Source: Dimorphilus gyrociliatus (Eukaryota; Animalia; Annelida). From it: a stretch of DNA of 64,000 nt. The first letter of the stretch is position 1; every line of letters begins with the position of its first letter. The notes under the pieces are model-generated. The model saw nothing but the letters and a program-made list of their open reading frames with translations. It was not told the origin of the DNA and ran no database searches. The stretch is from assembly GCA_904063045.1 (NCBI GenBank), contig CAJFCJ010000020.1:798916-862915 (forward strand), read 5' to 3'. Both the position numbers and the translations under genes were made by a program. Positions 1 to 13,583 of the stretch are shown piece after piece.

Positions 1-138
1 TTATTCATTAATTAGATCATCATATTTAGCAAATAATCAAAAATCTTGCCGATTATAGTACACTTATTATAATCACTGAAATAGTGCAATAATAATAATA
101 AAATATGAGACGAATAACAAGATCATATAATTAGAAAA

Positions 139-187
139 GGGACTTTTTAAATCTGTCTGCGCATGCGTGGGTATTTGCATTATAAAA
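139..187 (+). promoter_or_regulatory. Compact proximal promoter of the IRF gene: kB-like GGGACTTTTT (139-148), TGCGCATGCGT (158-168), octamer ATTTGCAT (173-180), TATAAAA (181-187)
   Basis: Motifs read directly within 100 nt upstream of the ATG at 233. Function is inferred from consensus matches only, and the kB-like site is imperfect. Confidence 0.4.
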
Positions 188-232
188 TATCTTCTATTGC
201 TATCACTTCTGCTCTAGCTTGCAATTAGTAAC

Positions 233-1120
233 ATGGGTTCATCGGATAAGCCATCTAGAAAAAGGAAACACAGAAAGTCGTCTAGCAGTTCCACGACAAC
301 TTGCCTTAGAAAATGGATAAGAGATAATAATCTTACTCAATGCACTGGTCCAAGACCTTTGGATAGAATGCCCTTAAAAATTTGGCTGTAAGTAACAGAT
401 TTCTTTATAGAACAATCAATTATTATTTTTCTTTTTATATTAAAAGAACCAAAGTATTAAACGAAAAAATTGTACCTGGTGTTGTATGGATTGATAAAAG
501 TAAATTAAAGTTTCGTATACCTTGGAAGCATATGTCAAGATCGTCGTTTGACAAAGATCGAGATATGGAATTATTTAGGATGTATGCTCAACACAGTGGA
601 AAGCAGGATAAAGATTGCAAACAATGGAAAACCAATTTCAGATGTGCTTTGAATTCACTAAGATCTATTGAACGAGTAAAAGATGAAGACCAAACAAATC
701 AGGATGAAGCCTATAGGGTTTTCCGTTTCAAAGAACAAATAAGTAAGTAACTAACTACACTATTGTTATTAAAAATTTAACTATATATATATAAGCAATG
801 TATATTGATACAAATACTTATTAATACGTTCTATAATAATATTTCGCATTACAGATTTCGAAGTCGAAACTGATTGCATAGAACATACTGAAAGTGCCAC
901 TGACGGAGCAAGTTATCCGGTATCGCCCATCATAGACGAATGTGTGAATTCGTCTGATAACGAATCTGATGACTTTAGCAATGTTATTCTACCTGAAGGT
1001 TTCTCATTAAATTCCCCTATGGATAGTATAGATATACTATTTAGCTGTCAACATCAAGATGATCAAAATGAACAATCGTTATACACAATACCAGATTTCG
1101 ATTCGATTCTGGGCTGTTAA
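233..1120 (+). CDS. IRF: Interferon regulatory factor family protein, 3 exons (233-387, 447-742, 855-1120), 238 aa; IRF DNA-binding domain plus short acidic tail
   Basis: Spliced translation RMPLKIWLTKVLNEKIVPGVVWIDKSKLKFRIPWKH...FRMYAQHSGK...WKTNFRCALNS...YRVFR matches the IRF winged-helix tryptophan-repeat domain. Introns are GT-AG, and the exons sum to 717 nt in frame. Confidence 0.93.
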
Positions 1121-1546
1121 AATAAACATGAAATAGGTCAAAAACATTCTTTCATGTGATTTTAAATTGTACATAATAATTTTGCAATTGTTTTTTATTG
1201 AAATAGTACATATATTTTAAAGTTGTGTGTTTAAAGCTTACACTTACTTATACCTAGAAAGGTAGTTTTTTTTAATATTAAATAGTGTTCTGTTTTCATT
1301 TATTCGAATTCCAGTCCTTATTTATAATAAATATAGCATTGTAACATATGGTTCAATTAAAAAATTCGCTCTCAATTGTCACTGTTTATTGAACGGACAA
1401 GAAAACAATAAAAAGAAGTTTGTTTGCAAAATAATGCTCTTCGTTCTATTATTCATACCTTTCCCGAAAAGCCTTATGCGTAGGTCACAGAACGATATAA
1501 TGTGAATGTCAAATTGTTAACGTAACTCTGAAAGCATAATATTTAT

Positions 1547-2403
1547 TTATTCATTAGTTACTTTTCTAATATCTCTTTCTGAATCAAAGTAGCCCCTTTG
1601 TAAACTTAAAGATGGTACCAGCATATTCATTTGACTTATATATTCGTTAGCTTTTTTAATTTTTGCTGCATGCTTAATCTTTGCTAACTCCCAATTTTGT
1701 TTAGATATGTCGCCGTTTTGAAAATTTTCATATTCAAGCTTTAAAATTTTTAATGCATTTTTTCTAGTTGATACAGCTCGTTTCCTCATTTCAATCCAGT
1801 CAGCTGTCGCTTCATTTTTAATAAGAATTTCATTCATCTTAGCTGTCATGTGATCAACGTATGGAGACTCGTAACCGTACTTTAGGGGTTTTCCAGCTCC
1901 CTATAAATAAGTTTTTTTATTCATTCATATAACCATATGACTATGTATAACCTTCAGGTTTTTCATATCGGTTTGTTTGAGACTTTGTTCGACGAGACTG
2001 TTGACCATACTATCGATTCCACCAGAAAAACTCATGGTTTTTTGTGAATATTTTGAATTTTTGCTTTTGTTGCGGGGTGATTTTTGTTTAGATATATCAT
2101 TCTTTACAATTTCGAATGCCCTATTAAATTCATTAACAAGCTGCAAATTGTTTGAATTACGTCTGACCATTGTTTGATGAGCTGACATTAACTCTTCCAT
2201 AGCACATCCCGGTTTGAGGTAAAACATTTCATAATATTTTGAAGCATTCGACGAATAGAGAGAACTCGGCGATTTTTGAGAGAGAACCCACATCTGGAAT
2301 TATTAAGACTAAAGCATTAGAAAATAAAGAATTTATCGAGAAATATATTAGATCGTATTTCTTTTACATGAAATATAGACTGCTTTCTGATAAGGCTATT
2401 CAT
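1547..2403 (-). CDS. DNAJC28: DNAJC28-like protein, 3 exons (2403-2368, 2293-1952, 1900-1547), ~243 aa; degenerate J-domain plus DUF1992-like region
   Basis: The spliced junction gives SLVEQSLKQTDMKNLKGAGKPLKYGYESPYVDHMTAKMNEILIKNEATADWI, matching my recollection of the DNAJC28 motif (IQESM..GDFDNL.GKGKPL...Y.D..T..LN.IL..N....W). Preceded by J-like helices YYEMFYLKPGCAMEELMSAH...FNRAFEIV. The first exon (MNSLIRKQSIFH) is the least certain. Confidence 0.8.
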
Positions 2404-2454
2404 TCTGCCCAAATATATAATCAAAATCAACTAATTTATGAAGAATTGAGAAAT

Positions 2455-2465
2455 ACGCATGCGCA
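2455..2465. promoter_or_regulatory. NRF-1-type palindrome ACGCATGCGCA upstream of the DNAJC28-like gene
   Basis: Read directly, about 50 nt upstream of the predicted ATG. The same motif precedes the IRF and polyubiquitin genes. Confidence 0.45.
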
Positions 2466-2724
2466 AGAATAGTAACCGTAAAGGCCAATATAAAGAACGA
2501 ATTATTAATAATTAATATTGATGTTATAATTAATTTTATAACTATTTTTAAATGTATTTGTAAGCAAATAATTAAGAATAATCACAAATTTTACATTTAA
2601 AAAAAATATAAATATCCGAATATACTTCAATGAATATATATAATAAAAATAAAAATAGATATATATGTATAGAAGAAACTTTTACTAGATAATATAAAAC
2701 TTTATCGCTTTAGCCGATAGATAA

Positions 2725-5700
2725 CTAAATACAATATACATTCCAATATATATGTGATTTGGATATTTTGTAACTCAAAGGTTTCGTTTCTTTTGTTTGT
2801 TCATTCAGATAACAAATTCCAGTGTTTACATTCCTATGGACAGAAGAGCAACTTCTTGTTGTTAGACATTCGCTAAGACATTCTAAATCTGACGCCGTTT
2901 TCAATTTAATAATATTCCAATTTTCTAGAATTCTATTCAAGAATGTTTGCACTGGACAATCTGTTATATTAGAATCAATTATTAATATACCAAAGCTATA
3001 CACACTAAAAGTGTACATACTCTTGAAACATTCTTCATTTCTATTGAAATATTTGTAGGAAGAATGATGATGGTAGTGATTCGGTTTTGTTTTTCTACTT
3101 TCCATACTTAGATAGCATTTCTTAGATGTTTTTGAATATTCGGCGGATCTGAATGAGATAATAAGAATTCATTGTTGTAAACTTTTCTATTAGTTTTTAT
3201 CTACCTGCAAATAAAGTTGGCGGTGAGACACGAATACAAGCAAGACTCTTCTGTTTGCTTATTCAGAATCTTTTTATTATAGCCGATTAAATATTGATTG
3301 TTGTGCGAAGTAAAACAGCTATAATGATTCGAATCGTCTTCACATGTTTGCTCGTAATAAATGTAATTGATACTGTTCTTTAAATTTTTAGCGTTTTGCG
3401 AAGAAGTGTATCTACTTAAGTAGCATTTTTTTTGTAGTTTGTGATAGTTAAGCGATCTGAAATGATTAATCGATTAGATATCATTACGTAATTCTTATAA
3501 TTAAGACTTACTTGCACAAATTAGGCTTATTTAAACACAGTTTTAAACATTCATCCTCCGATGAAACCTGTTTCACTAGTTCGTAAGAACCAACAAGATA
3601 ACTATTCGCATATCTCTTATGATAACAATCGGGATTACAGCTAGATTTCTTTTCGAAATAAACGTAGCTGTTATGATTGTTGAATGCTTTTGGATAATGT
3701 TTACTAGTTGATTTGCTTATATAGCACATTTTGGTTTTTCTATTGTAGTTTGCAGATCTGAAAAACGCATAATATAAAAGTTAAAATCATAACATAAAAA
3801 TATTATTTTTAAGTTTCCATCTGAGAGAAAAACTTACTTGCAAAGAGATCTCTTACACAAGAATAGACATTGTTCCTCCGTTAGGCCAAATTTGGATAAG
3901 TAATATTTTTCTTTGAGATATTTTCCGTTGACATGATTAAAACAGGGATAATTTCTAGCGCAAATCTTTTCCCAGTATTTATATTGAGTATTTTCTTTCC
4001 ATAATAGAGGTTTTCTATTGTGTGTCTCCTCGCTTAGATAACATACGTTTGTCTTCTTATTATAATATGCCGACAAACATGAAAATTTCTCCTCTCTTAG
4101 ACATAATTGTTTGCATTCGAGCTCATTCTGGACTTTAGCTTGCTTTTTATTCTGTCCTAATAAATATCTATTATTGTGTTCAGTAAAGTAGCATTCCGGT
4201 TGGCAAACGTGCTTCCTTTCCCAGTAGATTCTATTTTTCGATAGCTGATATGAATCGGGTTTAGATTTCTTAGTTTCTCTTGAAATATAGCAAATTTCCG
4301 TATCCTTGTCATACTCAGCAGATCTGATACAAAAAATCAACACCACCGTTATATAGTACTCTCAATAATTTCCAAATAAACATTATCAACTCACCTACAA
4401 CCTTTAACCGATTTGAGGCAAGACGATTTACAATGCTCCTCCGATGAATCGGATATCGTTTCAATATGATGATTACGCAATGATCTATAAGGGTATTCAT
4501 CAAAGCATTCATCACCGCAGTCAATGTGCCAATGAATATGAGATTTCGATTGTTGAAACGACGAATACTTAGAAATTCTTGTTTCATCGTGTAAATTGCA
4601 TTGTTTCGTTTTGTAATCCCAATCTACCGAACTAAATATAAAAACAATGTAACAAAAGATTAAAAGAAATAAATTTAAAAGATCTAATTTCATTTAATAA
4701 TCTTACATGCAGGAACCAAATGGTTTAGTTTTCAAACAAGTTTTAACGCATTCTATTTCCGACTTTGTTTTTAATGAATCAATTTGGTGGGATGATAAGA
4801 AATATCCAGGGAATGGTATGGCAATACATTCTATAATTGTCGTAAAGATGAAAGAGTGAAATGATTTCCCTTTTTTTATTATGATTAATTTTACCTGGTT
4901 GACAATAATCTTCCTTTTCAAAGTAATTGTAATAATCATTATCTTTGTAGAATTTTGGATGAGAGTCTTTCGTTTTTCTTGATAGATAACAAGTCTTTGT
5001 TTTTTTATTATACGAGACAGATCTAAATGGATCATTACAAAAGTTATATGTTTCAATTCAATTATAAAGTCTATAATTAAGTTACAAACTTGCAAGGTAC
5101 TTCTCCAATTATACATTGTTTTACGCATTCGTCTTCAGTCTTGTCAGTGTATGTGTAAAAATCATCATCCATATATCTATTTGCGTAAGTTTTAAAACAC
5201 GGATAGTTACTTTTGCAGATTTTGTGATAATGGCCAAACACTTTATGATCTTTAAAGCTTTCGTGTTTAGTGAATTTTGATTCTGAACTTAATTTACATT
5301 GCTTCAATTTACTATCGTAATCGAATGATTTACAATGAAATTCGTCAATTGTATAACAAGCCTCCATACATTGTAGAATGGTATGCTTTTTTAAAATTCT
5401 ATTACTGTAGCCTGATAAATACTTTCCCATTGAATATTCGTAATAGCAATTAGAATCGCATTCGTGATTTCTGTACCAATAAACAAAGTTCTTGTTTGAT
5501 TTAAATTCATCTTTCTTGGTTATGTGGGTTTCCTCAGACAAATAGCATATTTCTGATTTTTTATCGTATTGTATAGATTTACAATAACTGTTTTGTAAAC
5601 AGAAACTTTTACAGTTTTCTTCTGTATAACCAACAATTTTTTTATTATATTTTATAAGGTATCTGCCCTGAATTGAATTGAAGCATCCGCATTCCATTCG

Positions 5701-6933
5701 CCAATATACATAATTGTTTGAATTTTTGAATTTTAGCGGGCTTTCCTCTTTACTGGCCAAATTAATATAACATGAGTCAGTCTTTCCGTTCCTTTGTACC
5801 GATCTAAAAGTAGTTGAAAGTTTTGAATGGTAATAAAGTTTTGTTTGAATATAAAAATTGAATATATAAAATCATCTTACCTGCATTTTCCTCCAAATGT
5901 AAGGCATAATTTTAAACACTCCAAATCTGATTTTATATCGTCATACTTCTTTGCATAGCTACCATCAAGGTATCTATTATCGTATCTATTCAATTTGCAA
6001 TTTGACAAACAATGTTTATTTTTCTCAAAGTAAATATAGTTCTGATGTTTGATGTAATTCTTCTTTGGACTTTCGCTTCTTATTTCTTTACTTAAATAAC
6101 AGATTTTAAGAAATTTATTGTATTGAACTGAATGACAATTTCTATTCTGTAGGCAAGTTTCCAAACAATTCTCCAACGATAAGGATGGTAGGCTGGTACT
6201 TTCGTGGATGTTTAATTTTATGTTATCGTATGCTTCATAGCATGGATACGAATGGCAAACTTTTTCAAAATACCAAAGATTTTCAACATTAATTTTGAAT
6301 GGAGAATTGGGTGAATCTCTTGTTTTTTCGCTCAGATAGCATATATTATGCTTACTGTCGTAACTGGCCGCTTTACAATTAAAATCTTTGGCCAAAAAGC
6401 AAGCTTCTTGGCATTCTAGGAAAGTTCTATTCTTTATTATCTTTCTTTTAGCTTGAAGCAGATGTCCTCCCTTCAAAGACTTTATGTAGCAATCTAAGAA
6501 AAGTAATAAGATGTCATTTTAGATATTAACTCTTTTCATTACAAAAAAATAATATTTACTCGCATGGCAATCAGATCTTCTTTGCCAATAAATGTAGTTG
6601 TGACTACTTTTGTAGTAAAGAGGCCTAGTATCTTTAGTTTCCAACGAAAGGGAACATAGTCCAGTCGATCTATCATATTGAACAGATGCGCATTTGTAGT
6701 TTGCATTCAAACAAGCAACTTTACAATCATGAGCATTCTTTTCGAAGCGCTCTTCAACATTTCCCTGTTCTAGATACCAGCCTTCATATCTTTCAAAGCA
6801 GTCATCTAATAAAGTTCATAAAAGTTAGCAATGATACTATTAATTTTCAATTAAACTTACCTGAAGCATCAATCAGTCCAACAGCAATGAAAGTTAGCAG
6901 CCATATGCAAGTTAAAAGTTTTAAAGAATTCAT
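2725..6933 (-). CDS. PAN-1: secreted multi-PAN/Apple protein, 14 domains, multi-exon
   Basis: Exon 1 (6933-6861) encodes signal peptide MNSLKLLTCIWLLTFIAVGLIDAS. It is followed by repeated C-F/Y...C-x3-C...C-x-S...CYL...Y-x-Y/W..C units joined in frame across GT-AG introns, ending YWNVYCI* at 2725. Confidence 0.88.
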
Positions 6934-6989
6934 TGTTCTCTACTTTGAAGCAAAGGAACGAATGTGTCCACTTCTCCAAAAACAGACCA

Positions 6990-7008
6990 CTTTTATAGTT
7001 TCCCGCCC
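6990..7008 (-). promoter_or_regulatory. TATAAAAG box preceded by GC box (GGGCGGG) for PAN-1
   Basis: Minus strand reads GGGCGGGAAACTATAAAAG, about 60 nt upstream of the ATG at 6933. Confidence 0.55.
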
Positions 7009-7483
7009 TGAACGTCAATTGGTCAGAACGGGTAAAAAATGCCGAGTCACAGTTAGACCCTAAAAATTTTTCCTGACGCTGCAAGAAAAAAGAGGGCTGA
7101 ACGATTCACCGGGGCCCTCAACTACACATTCTAGATATCTTTACGATAGAATTGGTTATATACGTATAACCAACTAAAGTTGAAGACTTTCGGTCATAAA
7201 CGTCCCGTTTTATGAACCGTCTCATTTACATTGTTAGTTGATTTTTGGCTGAAGTTAGCATAAATTTTCTTTAAAAAGAGTTTGTAAACTTGTTTACCCT
7301 TTAAGAAGTAACTATTACAAAGATACAATCAATTTGTTAATAAAAAACAAGTATCTAGATGAATAATTACTTTTAATTAAGGATAAGAATTATATAGATA
7401 TAGATAAGGATAATTTAAAATAATAGCTACGCCTTCTATTTAACAAGCTTTTATTCAAAATATATCTAATAAGTTGAATAGTT

Positions 7484-10400
7484 TCAGTGACTACAAAGTA
7501 CATTCCAATAAGTGGACGATGTTGCAGTATGAAAAGCATCCGTTGCAGTATATTTTGTTACTTGATGTAAATCGCATCTTTTGGTTACTTCATTTCTATC
7601 AACTGATAAACAACCAGGTGTAATTAGGCATTCGCTTATACATTCAAGATTAGAAATTGTATAGAACGATTTTAAATCGTAATTTTCCAATTCTTTATGC
7701 AATTGTGTATCAATGGAACAATCTGTTAGTAAAAAAATGAAAACAAATCTATCATTTCTATTTTTAGTCAGTTTCTTAATGGAAATTTACCTAATTTACA
7801 TTCCGATTTACGATGATAATAGATAAATTGACTATTATCTTCATAATTCGAAGGTCTAGTAGTTTTGCTTTCTTTACTTAGATAACATTTTTTAGTAGAA
7901 ATAGAAAATTCAGCAGATCTACAAAAAACACAAGATAAGACATAATCGTTTAATAACTCTGTCGTCGAATAAGAGAATTTTAGTAATATACCTGCATATG
8001 AAATTCTTTGTTGTTAAACAAGCTTCTAAACACGATATTTCAGTTTGATCAGAAAGTGTTTGTGTATTATAGCCATTTATATGTTTCTTTTTATATTTTT
8101 CGAAGCATTTAGAACCTGGACTGGAATTCATTTTACAATTTAATTCATATAGTGAATAATCTTTGTTTGTACGTAACAATTCCGGATTAATATTGAACAT
8201 TTTACTTATAACGCATCTACTAGTTGACTTTTGATATTCAAACGACCTACACCATTCAAAGTAGGTTATGCATAGATTTAGACAATGCTCTTCGGAAGGT
8301 ACTATTTTTGAGTGGTCATTAAATCCTATAAGGTATTTATTAGAAACCTTCTTGAAATAGCAATTAGGATGACAAGATTTCTTCTTTGGTAGATAAACGT
8401 AGTCGTTAGTACCAGCAAACGATACAGCAGGTTTTTCATTATCGGGCAACAAGATCAAGAAACATTCCTTCGTGGAAATTTTATAATTTATCGCGCTTGT
8501 ATGATGAAAAAGAAAATAGAAAGCTTTAGTTAACGACAGTAATTTAATTCTAAATTGTACAACTAACTTGCATATAGCCATATGGCACCATCGTACACAT
8601 TCTTCCTCACTTAGATCAGTCTTTCTGTCGTAATACTTGTTTAAAAACTGTCCTGGATGTCTGTCGAAGCAAAGAAAGTCCTCTCTACATACTTTATCCC
8701 AATAGATATATTGGCTACTTGTTGACCAAATCCAAGGTTTAGAATGTTGCGTTTCGGTACCCAGATAGCACGTTTTCGTTCTTTGATTATATTCAGCCGA
8801 TTTACAAGATGATAAGTATTCAGAGAGACATAACTCTTGACATTCAAACTTATCTACTACTTGAACGGTTCTGACATTCTGACCCATAAGGTAACGATTG
8901 GTATACTTGATCATGTAACAGTCGAATCGGCATATCTCTTTCCTCTCCCAATATATCTTCGTCTCGGATGGTTTATAACCTAATGGCTTAGTTATACTAT
9001 TCTCCTTAGACAAGAAGCATTGATTCTTTGTTTTATCGTATTCCGTAGACCTGATTTTCACTATTGCTTTAGAATTTTGCAAAATACAATCAAAAAAACT
9101 ATTTTATATAAACCTGCAAGTTTCTTCAGAATTTATGCAATGCGAATTGCAATCGTCCTCAGATATATTTTCAATAATTGAATAATCATATCCATCTAAA
9201 GATCTGTAGGGGTGCTCCTTAAAACAAACATTCCCACAAGACACATGAAAGTGCATTGAAGCAATTAAAGTCCTAAACGATCTTGGCTGAGAAAAACGAG
9301 TTTCCTTATGTAAAACACAAGTGAATGTATCTTTAAACCAATCGACAGAACTGTTTAAAGTAAATTATTAATTTTTCATAATAATAAGAAAAGTAAAAAT
9401 TATCTTACTTGCAAGATCCGAAAGGTCTACGGGAGACACACATTTTAATACAATCCATTTCGCTGTCTACCTTCTCACTCAAAATATATTCATCTTTAAG
9501 ATGATAACTAGGAAACGGAAGTACTTTACAATCTAAATTTCGTAATGATATAATATGTTTTATTATTGTTGAGAGAATAATAAGAAAGTAAATTACTCGG
9601 TTGACATTCATCAAGCTTTTGGAAATAATTAAAGTTTTCATTATCAACAAAAGAATCGGGATTTGAATCTTTAGTTTTCCTTGAAATATAACACTTTTCT
9701 GTATTTGAATTGTACGATAAGGATCTGAGATTTAAAATTGAAATTGTTTTAAATTGCTATTCAATTTTGAAATATTCTTTTTGTTAATTAATTACCTGCA
9801 AGTTGTTTCGCTAAGAAGGCACAGTTGAATACACTCTTTTTCACTTTTCCCGCTAAACTGATCAGTTTTATCCTCAAGGAACTTTTTGGAATAAAGTCTA
9901 AAACAAGGATATTTAATTGGGCAAACTTTATGAAAATGCTCGAGATTGATATGTGATAATTTCATTTCTGGTTGTGTATCTTTTGATTCTATGCTAAGTA
10001 CACACTCCCTCTTTTCTCGATTATAGTCGATTGAAAGACATTCAATATCTTCAGCAATGAAGCATTGTTCTAAGCATTTAATGCTTGGAAAAGGTTTAAT
10101 TCTAATGGTATTAAATCCAAGTAAATACTTTTTGTAACTGTAGTCAAAGTAACATTCTAAATCGCATTTCTCACCTCTTTTCCAGTAGACATAATAAGGG
10201 TTTGATACAAAATTTTCAGGTGTTGTTCTATGAGTCTCCGTATTGAGATAGCAGAGTTTTGTTGACCTATCATACTGTACTGACTTACAAAGTATTTTCG
10301 AGGTTAGGCAAGATGCGCAACATTCTTCTTCGGTTCTTCCCGAAATAGTTTCTTCACTATTAATTAAGAATCTACCATCGTACATTTCATCGAAACAAGG

Positions 10401-11471
10401 TAATTGAATTTGAGGAATTTTACATATCTTATGGTAATAATCAAAAGAGTCGCTCGGTTCCCAAAACTGCGATTTAGTATCGTTAGATTCGCTACTTAAT
10501 CTGCATTCTTTCGTATTTTCGTTATATTCAAATGACGAACAATTAATTTGGTTATTAGTTAAGCATTCTTTAATACATAGGTGTTTATTAATCGATATCA
10601 GAACTACATCGTCAAAGCCGATTAGACGCCGCTTTTGAAAATGTTTAAAATAACAATTTGGTTTGCATTCATCATTTCTTAGCCAATAGACGTATTTATC
10701 GTCATTTTTAAAATAAATTGGTGATGTTTTATGAGTTTCAACGTTCAGATAACAAATATTCTCATCTTTTTTGTAATGTGCTGATTTACAAAAGAAATCG
10801 GCTGTTAAACAATAAATACGACAATTTTCCTCATCTAAACCATGAAGTGCTTTATGATGATTTTTCAGATACTTTCCAGTATGAGTATCAGTAAAACAAG
10901 GATATTCAGGTTCTGGAGCATAGCAGATTTTTTGGAAATGCTCTAAATTTGTATGCTCTAAAAAGGCATCATTCTTAGTGTCGTTGCTTTCACTGCTTAA
11001 AATGCATCTTTGCTTGTCTCTATTATAGTCAATTGACAAACAATCTAAATCAGATCTGATCAAACATTCTTCAAGACATTGAAAACTTGAATAAGAATCA
11101 AAAACCACAGTATTGAAACCTAGTAAATACTTTTTAAAAAAGTATTGAAAATAGCAATTTTTGTCACATTGATCATTCCTGAACCAAAAGATATATTTAT
11201 CAGAAGATTTGAATAAGGATGGTTGCGTTAAGTGAGTCTCTTCGTTCAAAAAGCAAGTTTTTGTTTCCAGATTGAACTGAGCGGATTGACACTTAAACTC
11301 GGCGGCTAGGCAAGATCCGAGGCATTCATCTTCTCCTCTTTCAGATATCAATTCTGCATACAATTCAAGATGTTTCCCGGGTATTGAATCAAAACATCTG
11401 CAATCTGCAGAAGCTAGTACAGCTAGTAGAATGAAACTGCGAAGAAAATGCACTTGCCCAACCAGCCGCAT
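7484..11471 (-). CDS. PAN-2: secreted multi-PAN protein, 14 domains (three copies of the 5/6 domain pair, then modules 7-14)
   Basis: True ATG at 11471 with hydrophobic leader MRLVGQVHFLRSFILLAVLASA. A 559-aa first exon is followed by in-frame spliced exons ending YWNVLCSH*. Confidence 0.88.
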
Positions 11472-11746
11472 TGTACAATTTATTGCTACTCTTGAGCAAC
11501 TGTCTGTTCAATTTCTATACATATCGAAGTTGCAACTTAAAAAATTGCAGTTAATTTAAATGTATGACTTGCATAACTTTTAAATCAACAAATTAGGCAT
11601 ACAGTAATCATGCTTGAGTATTAAAAAAAACTGTTCTTAGGTATTTAATTAGGTCATTTATTAAGTTAATTAAAAAATACTTAAAAGCTTAAAAATTGAA
11701 ATTAAAAAACTAATAAAAATGCATTAATTAAATTATTAATTAATTA

Positions 11747-13419
11747 TCAGCACATCTTATGGTAATGGTCAATAAGATGATGTTTCTTAAAATCGAGAGG
11801 CTTCGTATCCTTTGACTCCGAACTCAGTACGCAATTTTTCGTCAAACCATTATAATCAACTGATAGACAGTTGAATGTAGCAGTTGTAAAGCATTTCTCC
11901 AAACATTCTTCTCTACTTAGGGGATTTATCATCAGTGTATTATGACCCAACAAATATTTCTTACGGTAAAACTTAAAATAACAATTAGGATTGCATGCAA
12001 TTGATCTATCCCAATAGGTATAATAGAAATTCGTTTGGAAATGATGAGGAACTGTAAATCTTGTTTCGTCGGATAGGAAGCACACTCCCGTTCTGATATC
12101 GTATTGAGCCGATTTACAATTAAAATCGGCTGTTAGACAAGATAGTTTACATTCTCTTTTTGATTTTCCATGAAGGTATCTGTTGAATTTAGTCAGATAT
12201 TTACCATTTAACTGACTAAAGCAACCGTCGCATTTTAACTGCCAATATTCAAAATCACTAGATGATTTACACTTAAATGGACTTTCAGCCTTGGTTTTCA
12301 AATTTATAAAGCATTCATTCGTCTTTGAATTTCTTTGAACAGATCTATAAATTTCATAAAAGTTTTAAATTTCACATATAATATTCATAAAAGAATAGCT
12401 TACCGACATCCATCAGGATTTTGATAGCACAATTCCAGGCATTTTAAGTTAGAAAAAACAGAATCATACTTGTTTATATAAACTCCATCTAAATATAGAT
12501 TGTTTGAATACTGTAAATTACAAGATGTTGAACATTCAGCACTTTTTTCGTAGTAGACGAATTTAGTGTTATGGATGGTATTTGGAGGAAAAAACGATCT
12601 AACAGTTGAATAAATATAACATTTTTTTGTATGTTTGTTATAGTTTGTTGAACGGCAAAATTTGCTTCTCAAACAATTTTCCATGCAATCTTCTGGCTTT
12701 GCAACAGGTAGAATAACTGCTAAACGCTGTAGTTTTATATCCTCGACAGCGTTGAAACAGGGATAAACGGGGCAAACTCTTTCGAAATACCAACGATAAG
12801 GTTGCAAAGTTTGGAAAATCGCCCCATCTCGATCTAAGCTATTCAAATAGCATGTACTGGTTGAAGCTTTGTAGTTAATGGATTTACATTGAAAACTTTT
12901 TTCAGTTAGGCAGTTTTCTTGGCATCTTAATTCATTTATCATAGATAATGTTTTCACAGGCGTAGCAACCAGAAAGCTATCATGAAATGGTTTCAAATAA
13001 CAATCTATTCAAAAGACAGTAGAGATAAATTACTATAAATAAAAAATGTATGAACATCCTACTTAATAAACATTCTGGTTTTCTCTGCCAGTAGATATAG
13101 CTGTAATTAATTCCGTATTCTAATGGAATAGTATCTTTCGTTTTATCAAATAGGTAACATGTTTTAATTGGTATATTATACTGAAGAGATTTGCAAACAA
13201 ATTTAGCTTCAAGACAGCTAGCCTTACATTTATTTATGTAGCGAGTATAAAAAGTACGAATAGCGAAAGAAGTTGTTAAATATCTTCTGTCGTATCGGTC
13301 ATAGCAGACACCTGGCATACGAAAACCGGTGACAAATTTCAATTATAATACAAGTTTAGTTACATAATACCTGCTTCTGTAAAAGAAATTAGGACAAGTA
13401 AAATTAATAATTTAATCAT
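11747..13419 (-). CDS. PAN-3: secreted PAN protein, 6 domains (equivalent to modules 1-6 of PAN-1)
   Basis: Exon 1 (13419-13371) encodes MIKLLILLVLISFTEAG. Spliced in frame to VCYDRY..., ending HYHKMC* at 11747. Confidence 0.85.
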
Positions 13420-13583
13420 TCTTTTTTCTGTTTTCATTAAAACAACTTTCGGCTTGTATTTTGTAAAAATATATAAAGTATATATATAAAATATATAGTG
13501 CTTCTGGTACAATAAAAACTGAGTACATGAAAGCTACGATCATGGACAATAGTATAGATATATATACAATATTACTTCATATC

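Noticed and set aside
2239-2472. 77-aa plus-strand ORF
   Set aside because: Antisense to DNAJC28-like exons 1-2 and intron, with low-complexity AT-derived composition.
6686-7084. ORFs 6686-7063 (+) and 6869-7084 (-)
   Set aside because: They overlap the PAN-1 signal exon, intron and promoter in antisense or another frame. The signal-peptide frame with proper splice sites explains the region.
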